Shown one piece after another: positions 25,304 through 32,000 of a stretch of DNA of 32,000 bases. Below the pieces are notes generated by a model. The model was not told the DNA's origin. It did no database searches and saw nothing but the letters and a program-made list of their open reading frames with translations. Each line of letters begins with the position of its first letter. Within the stretch, counting starts at the first letter, position 1. Position numbers and translations under genes: made by a program. Source of the DNA: Horticoccus luteus (lineage in GTDB: Bacteria; Verrucomicrobiota; Verrucomicrobiia; Opitutales; Opitutaceae); the NCBI RefSeq assembly GCF_019464535.1, contig NZ_CP080507.1:570001-602000 (forward strand). The letters run 5' to 3'.

Positions 25304-27958
25304 TCAGGGCGCTTTCGCGAGGACGCGGCGGAGTTCGGCGCAGAGGGTATCGAGCGAGAACGGTTTTTGCACGAAGCCCGCAAGACCTTTGCCGACGAAG
25401 CGATGGACGGCCTCCTGCTGGTTAAAGCCGCTCATGAGAAGCACTTTGACGGCGGGGTCCAGCGCGCGGAGCTGGCGGAAGGTTTCCTCGCCATCCATTT
25501 CCGGCATCGTGAGGTCGAGTAAGACGGCGGCGAAGCGACCGGGGTGGGCGCGAAAGATTTCGAGGCCGCGGCGGCCGTGTTCGGCCTGCTCGGATTCGAA
25601 GCCGAGGGAGCGGAGCAAGTCGGTGAGCACGAGTCGGACGGGCTCTTCATCATCGACGACGAGGATCGTGCCGTTGCCTCGCCAAGCGAGGGGCGGTTCG
25701 CTGATGCGCCGCAGGGCATCGGGTGCCTGGACGGCGGCGGGGAAGAGGACTTTGAACGTGGTGCCGCGGCCGGGTTCGCTGTAAACGTTGATGGCGCCTT
25801 GATGGCCGCGGACGATGCCCTGCACGGCGGCGAGACCGAGGCCGCGACCGGCGAATTTGGTGGTGAAGAACGGATCGAAAATGCGTGCGGCGGTGTCGCG
25901 ATCCATGCCGCTGCCGTCGTCGGCGACCTCAAGAAAACAATATTCGCCCACGGGGAGATCGCGGGCGAAGTGAGCGCGGGCGAGATAGTCAGCATCGGCA
26001 TGCACCAAGCCGGTGGCGACGACGATGGTGCCGGAGCGGTCGCCAATGGCCTCCGAGGCGTTGATGACGAGGTTCATCACCAGTTGCCGCATCTGGGTCG
26101 GGTCGGCCTGGATGGTGATGGGTTCGGCGGCGAGGGCGAAACGCAGGGAGGCCTTTTTGCTGACAGAGACGCGGAGGAGTTGCGTGGTATCCTCGACGAG
26201 TTCGTTGAGGTTGACGTGCTGGACGACGAAGCGGCCCTTGCCGGCGTAGGCGAGCATCTGTTTGCAGAGGTCGGCGGCGCGCAGCGAGGCGCGTTCGATC
26301 TGGGCGAGGTATTGGGCGGACTGGGTGCCGAGGGAGGCGTCGAGACGGGTGAGACTGGCGTAGCCGAGGATGCTGGTGAGGAGGTTGTTGAAATCGTGCG
26401 CGATGCCGCCGGCGAGGACGCCGAGGCTTTCGAGTTTCTGCGTTTCCTGAATGTTTTTCTGAAGGAGGTGGCGCTCGTGTTCGGCGCGCCGGAGATCGGT
26501 GATGTCAACGCAGACGCCGATGTAGCCGAGGAATTGTTGATCGGGGCCGAGGAGGGGTTTGCCGTGATCGAGGAGGAGGCGATATTCGCCGTCGTGGCGG
26601 CGCAGGCGGTATTCGATGACGAAGGGTTCGTGCTGCGCGAAGTAGCGTTGGTAGAGCTCGAGCGCGCGGTCGTGATCTTCGCGGTGAATGCCGTCGGACC
26701 AGCCGGAGCCGATTTCCTCCTCCATGGAGCGGCCGGTGAAAGTGAGCCAGCCCTCGTTGAGGAAGTTGATGCTGCCATCGGGCGCCGCGGTCCAGATGAG
26801 GACGGGGGCGGAGTTGGCCATGATGCGGAAGCGTTGTTCGCTGGCACGGACGGCGGCTTCGGCGCGCTGGCGGGCGGAGACCATTTCGTTGAACGCTTCG
26901 GCGGTGCCGGCGATTTCGGCGGGGCCGGCGACGGGGGCGCGGGCGTCGGTGCGGCCGGCGGCTTGCGCGCGGGCGGCTTCAGCGAGGGCGGTGACGGGGC
27001 GGGCGAGGGCGCGGGCGTAGCGGGCAATGAGGAGGGCGCCGATGGTGAGGAGGGCGACGATGGCGATGAGCGTGCGCCAGAAATTCAACCAGGCATCTTC
27101 GAGAATTTCCGGGGTGGCGACGGACGCGTAGACAAACCAAGGCGTGCCGGGGATGCGGGAGAGCGAAAGGGTGCGCGGCTGGCCGTCGGTGCCATGCGTC
27201 TCGAGGGTGACGGAAGGGGCGTCGGTGAGCGCGGCGGCGAGGCGGGTGAACTCGGGCATTTTGCGGCCGACGTAGCGCGTCATCTCGGGCTGGCGGGCGA
27301 CGATGGAGCCCTGTTCGTCGATGACGGCGACCTCCGAGCTGAGAAGGGAGCGCGGCTGCGTGAGCACGCTGGTGGACAGGTCGGTGAGGTTGAGCGGAAT
27401 GAGGAGGGAGCCGATGCGTTGGCCGGCGGAGTTGGTCACCGGTTGGGCGATCATGCAGGACCAGCGGCCGTCGATCTGACGCGCGAACGCGGGCCCGATG
27501 TAAAAGTCGGACGCGCGCAGGGCGGCGCCGATGGGCGGGATGTCGGCGATCGACGTCTCGGGGGCGGGGCGGATGTTGGCCGCGGCAATGACGTGGCCGG
27601 TGAGGTTGAGATAAGCGAGGTTGAGAAACTCCGGGTGGAGGGCGACGAACTCGCGAAATCGCTCGTCGATGCGCGCGGGGTCGTTGGTGCGCAGGGCATC
27701 CTCGGCCGCGAGGCGGCGGAGTTTGAAACGCGCGGATTCGGCGAAGGCGCGCAGTTGGCGTTCGTTGACCTGGCGGATGAGTTGCAGCTCGGACAACGTG
27801 GTGGCGCGGTCGGTGCGGAACTGATCATAGAGGCCCCAGCCGAGCACGCCGACGAACGGGAGCGCGACCCCGAGGCCGAGGACGACGAGCCGCGAAAAAA
27901 TCGTGGGGCGCGCGCGCATCGCGGTGACGTGGCGGGCCGGCGAAGGTGCGTCAATCAT
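25304..27958 (-). CDS. Hybrid sensor histidine kinase / response regulator (TM - periplasmic dCache-like - TM - HAMP - PAS - HisKA - HATPase_c - REC)
   Basis: 884-aa ORF. It has two TM helices flanking a domain of about 250 aa, a PAS domain (FRIMANSAPVLIWTAAPDGSINFLNEGW...YRLRRHDGEYR), an H-box (GGIAHDFNNLLTSILGY), N/G boxes (NLVINASEA, DDGSGM, GRGLGLA) and a receiver domain (ILVVDDEEPVR...LLDLTMPEMDG). Confidence 0.93.
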   Translation of the reverse strand: MIDAPSPARHVTAMRARPTIFSRLVVLGLGVALPFVGVLGWGLYDQFRTDRATTLSELQLIRQVNERQLRAFAESARFKLRRLAAEDALRTNDPARIDERFREFVALHPEFLNLAYLNLTGHVIAAANIRPAPETSIADIPPIGAALRASDFYIGPAFARQIDGRWSCMIAQPVTNSAGQRIGSLLIPLNLTDLSTSVLTQPRSLLSSEVAVIDEQGSIVARQPEMTRYVGRKMPEFTRLAAALTDAPSVTLETHGTDGQPRTLSLSRIPGTPWFVYASVATPEILEDAWLNFWRTLIAIVALLTIGALLIARYARALARPVTALAEAARAQAAGRTDARAPVAGPAEIAGTAEAFNEMVSARQRAEAAVRASEQRFRIMANSAPVLIWTAAPDGSINFLNEGWLTFTGRSMEEEIGSGWSDGIHREDHDRALELYQRYFAQHEPFVIEYRLRRHDGEYRLLLDHGKPLLGPDQQFLGYIGVCVDITDLRRAEHERHLLQKNIQETQKLESLGVLAGGIAHDFNNLLTSILGYASLTRLDASLGTQSAQYLAQIERASLRAADLCKQMLAYAGKGRFVVQHVNLNELVEDTTQLLRVSVSKKASLRFALAAEPITIQADPTQMRQLVMNLVINASEAIGDRSGTIVVATGLVHADADYLARAHFARDLPVGEYCFLEVADDGSGMDRDTAARIFDPFFTTKFAGRGLGLAAVQGIVRGHQGAINVYSEPGRGTTFKVLFPAAVQAPDALRRISEPPLAWRGNGTILVVDDEEPVRLVLTDLLRSLGFESEQAEHGRRGLEIFRAHPGRFAAVLLDLTMPEMDGEETFRQLRALDPAVKVLLMSGFNQQEAVHRFVGKGLAGFVQKPFSLDTLCAELRRVLAKAP

Positions 27959-27979
27959 ACCGCGGCGGCGGAGCGGGAT

Positions 27980-28528
27980 TTACTTAAAATCGACGAGTTC
28001 GACTTCGAACACGAGCGTGGCGCGGGGCGGGATGGCGGGCGGCTGGCCGGAGACGCCGTAACCCAGCCAGTAAGGGACGATGAGGGTGCGTTTCTCGCCT
28101 TTGCGCATGTTGGGGAAAGTTTCTTCCCAGGCGGCAATCACCTGGTGTTGGCCGAGGGTGAAGACGAACGGTTTGCCGTGCTGCGCGGAGCTGTCGATGA
28201 ACGTGCCGTCGAGGAGGTGGAGCTCGTAGTTGACGGTCAATTGCTGGCCGGCGTGCGGATGAGCGTCGCCGGTGCCTTGGGCGCGCGGGATATAGCGGAG
28301 GCCGGACTCCTGTTTGTGGGCGTTGCCGTATTTGTCGGCGATCACGAGGGCGTCGTGCGTGGTGAGTTCGGGGCGTTCTTCGGCGAGGGCTTCGCGCATG
28401 CCGGCGTTGATCGGCAGGCCGGGGTTTTTGCGGGCGAGCATCCCGGAGCGCACCACCAGCGCGAGGGTGAACAACATCACGCCGAGGAGGAGGAGATAGA
28501 GGAAACTGCGAACAGGGGACGCGGGCAT
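27980..28528 (-). CDS. FKBP-type peptidyl-prolyl cis-trans isomerase, N-terminally membrane-anchored
   Basis: From the ATG at 28528: MPASPVRSFLYLLLLGVMLFTLALVV (anchor) ... GLRYIPRAQGTGDAHPHAGQQLTVNYELHLLDGTFIDSS...GKPFVFTLGQHQVIAAWEETFPNMRKGEKRTLIVPYWLGYG....IPPRATLVFEVELVDF. This is the canonical FKBP_C pattern. The track start at 28567 is a TTG. Confidence 0.88.
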   Translation of the reverse strand: MPASPVRSFLYLLLLGVMLFTLALVVRSGMLARKNPGLPINAGMREALAEERPELTTHDALVIADKYGNAHKQESGLRYIPRAQGTGDAHPHAGQQLTVNYELHLLDGTFIDSSAQHGKPFVFTLGQHQVIAAWEETFPNMRKGEKRTLIVPYWLGYGVSGQPPAIPPRATLVFEVELVDFK

Positions 28529-28657
28529 GGGAGCCGCGACCAAAGCGGCCGCGAGCCGGGTTGGCAACAGCGCACGTGGGGCGTTGAAAAAGTCGCGCCC
28601 CGGCCGAGCACGGCGATTCGGGTCACGCGTGCTCGCGAGGCGGGACGAAGCGGCGAG

Positions 28658-29161
28658 TCAGGGCAGGGCGGAAGACGTGTGATCCTGAAAAATGCGCCAC
28701 CCCTCGGGGGTCTTGCGCACGGTGAGCGTAAACAGGCCGTGGGGAGCGTCGGCGGCGCGCGTCAATTGCCAGCGGCCAAACACGATTGCGGCATCGTCGG
28801 CGAGGCGCGTGACGACGAGATCGGAGAACGTGAGGTGGCCCATCGCAGCGCGGTCGGGATAGCGTTCGTGGTAACGATCGCGGGTGGCCTGCCAGCCGTA
28901 GGTGACGTGATCGGCGGACGCGAAGCGGAGGGCGTCGGTGTGCGCGTAGGTGGCCATGAACGTATCGATGTCGCCGCGATTCCACGCGTCCGTCTGCGCC
29001 GTGAGGAGCGCGGTGATGTCGGCGGTGGGATCGGTCGCGGTGGCGGCCGGGGAGCGTTGGGCGGGAGCCGCGGCGGGTGCAGCGGGCGCCGCGGCATGAG
29101 CGGCGGCGACGATGGCCGCAGGGGCGAAGGCGAGAGCGCAGACGAGGGCGCGGCGGTTCAT
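28658..29161 (-). CDS. Secreted SnoaL-like / NTF2-fold (DUF4440-like) protein
   Basis: 167-aa ORF with signal peptide MNRRALVCALAFAPAAIVAAAHA, then ITALLTAQTDAWNRGDIDTFMATYAH...AIVFGRWQL...GLFTLTVRKTPEGWRIFQDHTS. It shares an ATGA overlap with the upstream M20 gene (29158-29161). Confidence 0.82.
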   Translation of the reverse strand: MNRRALVCALAFAPAAIVAAAHAAAPAAPAAAPAQRSPAATATDPTADITALLTAQTDAWNRGDIDTFMATYAHTDALRFASADHVTYGWQATRDRYHERYPDRAAMGHLTFSDLVVTRLADDAAIVFGRWQLTRAADAPHGLFTLTVRKTPEGWRIFQDHTSSALP

Positions 29162-30516
29162 GAGCGAGAGTTGGCGGGGGAGATGACGGGAGTAAGCAGT
29201 TCAAGGACCGTGGCGGTCATGGCGGTGATGCCGGTCTTGATCGTGGGCTCCGGCACGGGAGCGAATTTGCTGGAGTGCAGCGAGGGGAGCGGGATGCCGG
29301 TGCGTTGGCTTTCAGCGATTTTTTCCGGGGCGACGGCGCCGACGCGGAAGAGGCAGAGGGGAACGTGTTCGTCGGTGAGGCCGAAGCGGCTGAAGTCCTC
29401 GCCGCCCATTTCCGGCGTGAACGGCACCACGCGATCGGCGCCGAGCCACGCGGCGAGGGCGTCGTGGACCCGTTGGGTGAGTGCGGGGTCGTTGCGGGTC
29501 GCGGGCGTGGGCACGTCGGCGGCCGTGTTGACGAGGGGCAGCAGGTCGTCGGGCAGGCCGGCGGCGATGCCTTCGCCGCGGCAGATGCGTTGGATGGCCG
29601 CGATCGTGTGGTCGCGCACGGCGGGGGAATACGAGCGAAGGGTGAGGGAGAGTTTCACTTCGTCCGGAATGACGTTGGCTTTCGCGCCGCCGTGGATGGA
29701 GCCGACGGTCACGACGCACGGATCGATGGGCGAGGTCTCCCGGCTGACGATGGTCTGGAGTGCGAGGACGATGCGGGCGGCGAGGACGACGGGATCTTTC
29801 GTCATTTGCGGATAGGCGCCATGGCCGCCGCGGCCGCGAACGGTGATCTCGACCCAATCGACGTTGGCCATGACGGCGCCGGGCGAAACGGCGACGGTGC
29901 CGACGGGTAGGCTGGCGCTGTCGTGCTCGGCGATGGCGAAATCGGGGCGGGGGAATTTTTGATAGAGGCCGGCGGCGAGCATATCGCGGGCGCCGAGGCC
30001 GCGTTCCTCGGCGGGTTGGCCGATGAAGAGCACGGTGCCCGACCAGTGTTCGCGCAACGCGGCGAGTTCGCGCGCGGTGCCGGCGAGGACGGTCATGTGG
30101 ATATCGTGGCCGCAGGCGTGCATGACGGGGACCTCGCGGCCGGTGGGATCGGTGGCGCGCGCCGCGCTCGCGTAAGGGAGGCCGGTTTCTTCGGCGACGG
30201 GCAGCGCGTCGAGATCGGTGCGGAGGAGGAGCGTGGGGCCGGGACCGTTTTTCAGGAGGGCGACGAGGCCATGGCCGCCAAAGTTTTCCGTGACGTCGCA
30301 ACCCGCGGCGCGGAGTTCGGCGGCGAGTTTTTGGGCGGTGCGGGCTTCCTGGAGGGAGAGCTCGGGGTGCGCGTGAAGGTCTTGATAGAAGGCATCGAGG
30401 GCGGGGTAATCGGCGGCGACCTTTTCGGCGACGAGCTGACGCAAGGCCGGCGTGGGCGCGGCCGCGAGGACGGAGGTGGCGCACAGAAACAGCAGCGGGC
30501 GGAGGGTGGCGGTCAT
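29158..30516 (-). CDS. M20D family amidohydrolase (aminoacylase / hippurate-hydrolase-like), exported
   Basis: From the ATG at 30516: MTATLRPLLFLCATSVLAAA (signal peptide) ...FYQDLHAHPELSLQE..T...L...G..V......GLVALL...GPTLLLRTDLDALPV...HACGHDIHMT...LFIGQPAEE...GGHGAYP...GSIHGG.KANVIPDE. It shares an ATGA overlap with the upstream gene (30513-30516). Confidence 0.92.
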   Translation of the reverse strand: MTATLRPLLFLCATSVLAAAPTPALRQLVAEKVAADYPALDAFYQDLHAHPELSLQEARTAQKLAAELRAAGCDVTENFGGHGLVALLKNGPGPTLLLRTDLDALPVAEETGLPYASAARATDPTGREVPVMHACGHDIHMTVLAGTARELAALREHWSGTVLFIGQPAEERGLGARDMLAAGLYQKFPRPDFAIAEHDSASLPVGTVAVSPGAVMANVDWVEITVRGRGGHGAYPQMTKDPVVLAARIVLALQTIVSRETSPIDPCVVTVGSIHGGAKANVIPDEVKLSLTLRSYSPAVRDHTIAAIQRICRGEGIAAGLPDDLLPLVNTAADVPTPATRNDPALTQRVHDALAAWLGADRVVPFTPEMGGEDFSRFGLTDEHVPLCLFRVGAVAPEKIAESQRTGIPLPSLHSSKFAPVPEPTIKTGITAMTATVLELLTPVISPANSRS

Positions 30517-31640
30517 GGTTTTTCGAAGAAGAAGATCAAGCCGTCGAGCATGGCATCGGTTTCGAGTTTGAGGTGTTGCGCGGGCGGCACGGGCGAGTCG
30601 GCGGACGCGGCTTTTTTCTGGGCCGCGAAGGCGGCGTCGGCCGCGGCGCGGGCTTGCGCGATGAACGCCTGCTTCGCTTCGTGAAATGCGCCGCTCTTCG
30701 TGAATTGCTGGGCGGTGCCGGGCTGGCCGACGAAGCGGGTGACGAGGTCGTCGCCGATCCAGAGGGCCCATTTGTCGATGTCGGCGAAGTAGACGGCGAG
30801 GAGGCCGTCGCGTTCGACGTGGAGCTGTTCGGCGATTTTGTGGATGAAGTTGCCGGGGCGTTGCGCGGGCGTGTCGGGCGTGTATTTCGCGAAGAGCCGC
30901 GCGCGGACGCGGTGCCCGGTGGCGCGTTCGAAGTTGGCGAGCTTGTAGTTGAAGGCCTGCGCGCGCGGCGGGTCGGTGGGAAGCAGGTGATCGGGGTCGT
31001 CGAACGGCGCGGAGGGGCCGGGTGTTTTCTCCGCCGGGTAGGGTTTGGCGCGGGCGACGAGGGCGGCGAAGGAGGCCTCGGTGACGCGAAACGCGTCCGC
31101 GGCCGCGCCGACGCGGCGAATGCGCACGGCGTAGATTTTATCGCGCGGCTGGATGCGGGGCAGCACGTAGGCGCCGCTCACGACGCGGCCGAAGACGCTG
31201 TGCAGATAGTTGAGGCGATTGACGGGCGCGAGGGTGATGAAGAATTGCGAGCCGTTGGTGTCAGGCCCGTCGTTGGCCATCGAGAGGATGCCGGCGGCGT
31301 CGTGGCGGAGGCCGGGCACGAATTCGTCGGGAAACGCATAGCCGGGCCCGCCTTCACCCGTGCCGAGGGGATCGCCCGCCTGGATGACGAAGCCGGGCAC
31401 GACGCGGTGAAAAAGGAGGCCGTCGTAAAACGGTTTGCGGGGCGCGGGGCCGAGCGTGCCTTCGGCGAGGCCGACGAAATTGGCGACGGTGAGCGGGGCT
31501 TGTTGAAAGAAAAGTTCGGCGGTGATGACGCCACGCGGGGTGGCGATATCGGCGTAAAGGCCGTCGGGGGGCGGCTCAGCGGCGGGCAGGGTGGCGGCGA
31601 AGCAGAGGGCGAACAAACCGAGCGCAGTCGGTAATTTCAT
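30513..31640 (-). CDS. Exported cyclophilin-type peptidyl-prolyl isomerase fused to a C-terminal TPM-like (TLP18.3/Psb32/MOLO-1) domain
   Basis: From the ATG at 31640: MKLPTALGLFALCFAATLPAA (signal peptide). The cyclophilin core is ELFFQQAPLTVANFVGLAEG...FYDGLLFHRVVPGFVIQAGDPLGTGEGGPGYAFPDEF...GILSMANDGPDTNGSQFFITLAP...LHSVFGRVV. The C-terminal approximately 190 aa contain LANFERATGHRVRARLF...FIHKIAEQLHVERDGLLAVYFADIDKWALWIGDDL, which matches the TPM pattern (L..FE..TG.qi.V......g......A..L......DnGvLllva...rkv.ievG.gL). Confidence 0.9.
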   Translation of the reverse strand: MKLPTALGLFALCFAATLPAAEPPPDGLYADIATPRGVITAELFFQQAPLTVANFVGLAEGTLGPAPRKPFYDGLLFHRVVPGFVIQAGDPLGTGEGGPGYAFPDEFVPGLRHDAAGILSMANDGPDTNGSQFFITLAPVNRLNYLHSVFGRVVSGAYVLPRIQPRDKIYAVRIRRVGAAADAFRVTEASFAALVARAKPYPAEKTPGPSAPFDDPDHLLPTDPPRAQAFNYKLANFERATGHRVRARLFAKYTPDTPAQRPGNFIHKIAEQLHVERDGLLAVYFADIDKWALWIGDDLVTRFVGQPGTAQQFTKSGAFHEAKQAFIAQARAAADAAFAAQKKAASADSPVPPAQHLKLETDAMLDGLIFFFEKP

Positions 31641-31719
31641 CCGCGCAGGTTGGGGAATATTCGCGTGCGTCACAACGAAACACTCGCCTGCCTCCGTGGC
31701 GTCTGCCTTTCTCGGCGCC

Positions 31720-32000
31720 GTGAAATCCCGTTTCTTCCCCGCGGTGTTCGCTTTGGCGGTTATTTTGCTCCCGGTCGTGCGCGGCCAGGGGAGCGCGATG
31801 GCGGAGCAGGCGGTGGGGATGCGGGCGCCGCACGAGTTTGCGGACGTGAGCACGCTCGAATGGAGCAAGCTCGTGCCGCCGCCGCCGGCGGCGGAATCGC
31901 TGGCGGCCGAGGGCGATCTTTACTCGGTGCTGCAGATGCAGGCGGCGCGGACGCCGGAGCAAATCGAGTGGGCGCAGCTCGTGGAGAAGGGCGATGTGTT
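31720..32000 (+). CDS. Exported PAP2 / class-A acid-phosphatase-like protein, N-terminal part only (continues beyond the window end)
   Basis: The ORF is open at the window edge, so it is not in the track. My translation from the GTG at 31720 is (M)KSRFFPAVFALAVILLPVVRGQG (signal-like) ...EWSKLVPPPPAAESLAAEGDLYSVLQMQAARTPEQIEWAQLVEKGDV. This resembles the N-terminal 'LPPPP..S.....D.......R' region of PhoN-type phosphatases as I recall them. An alternative start is the GTG at 31696. Confidence 0.55.
   Translation, partial: MKSRFFPAVFALAVILLPVVRGQGSAMAEQAVGMRAPHEFADVSTLEWSKLVPPPPAAESLAAEGDLYSVLQMQAARTPEQIEWAQLVEKGDV

Noticed and set aside
25544-29815. 1423-aa + strand ORF spanning four genes. 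Similar very long ORFs are 17332..20790(+), 7272..9908(-), 26..1318(+), 5299..6213(+), 5864..6937(+), 10470..11432(+), 14723..15847(-), 20780..21994(+), 22457..23593(-), 23759..24778(-), 29312..30484(-) and 30573..31634(+).
   Set aside because: Their translations are Gly/Arg/Ala/Asp- or Arg/Pro-rich low-complexity strings with no recognisable motifs. Each lies exactly antisense to a gene with strong family signatures. Long stop-free antisense frames are expected at this GC content.
1-32000. Scan for CRISPR arrays, IS elements, transposases, integrases, phage genes, rRNA and tRNA.
   Set aside because: I saw no regularly spaced direct repeats, no DDE or tyrosine/serine recombinase-like ORFs, no terminal inverted repeats bracketing a gene set, and no rRNA or tRNA signatures. 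The window looks like core chromosome apart from the decayed 1.1-2.2 kb interval.

Overview
This is a high-GC (roughly 65-70% by eye) chromosomal segment from a diderm bacterium. The gene content is loosely reminiscent of Verrucomicrobiota/Opitutales-type genomes, but that is a weak inference. I support about 27 protein genes, and most long ORFs in the track are antisense shadows of these.

Gene order:
- pntA (3' partial, minus strand)
- about 1.15 kb of decayed DNA with an isochorismatase-like pseudogene
- rhomboid-like membrane protein with substituted catalytic residues
- membrane-anchored coiled-coil protein
- divergent multi-TM protein ending in a 4-Cys 'ICAWCKKIRDD' module
- ArsR / SRPBCC(AHSA1) / DUF899 operon, plus a possible small CxxC membrane ORF
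- orphan protein of about 1115 aa resembling a six-hairpin glycosidase
- DUF885 metallopeptidase-like protein
- TetR / MFS(DHA2, EmrB-like) / HlyD(EmrA-like) efflux operon with a perfect 9-4-9 palindrome upstream
- queH
- VOC/glyoxalase protein
- DUF4256
- metH split into two ORFs
- cobalamin-riboswitch-like leader followed by a btuB-like TonB-dependent receptor, divergent from metH
- YgjP/DUF45 metallopeptidase-like protein
- co-directional cluster: cyclophilin-TPM fusion, M20D amidohydrolase, SnoaL/NTF2-like protein, FKBP, dCache-PAS hybrid histidine kinase
- PAP2/acid-phosphatase-like gene (5' partial view)

I found no rRNA, tRNA, CRISPR array, transposase or integrase. I cannot point to a clear-cut novel multi-gene system such as a defence island. 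The candidates most worth follow-up are:
1. the multi-TM sensor with the uncharacterised 4-Cys output module
2. the rhomboid-like protein with Ser->Thr, His->Trp and Asn->Asp at catalytic or oxyanion positions
3. the double-PPIase / amidohydrolase / sensor-kinase cluster, including a cyclophilin-TPM fusion
4. the B12 node (split metH, riboswitch, btuB)
5. the ArsR / SRPBCC / DUF899 / CxxC mini-protein operon

All family assignments come from reading motifs by eye. None has been checked by database search.
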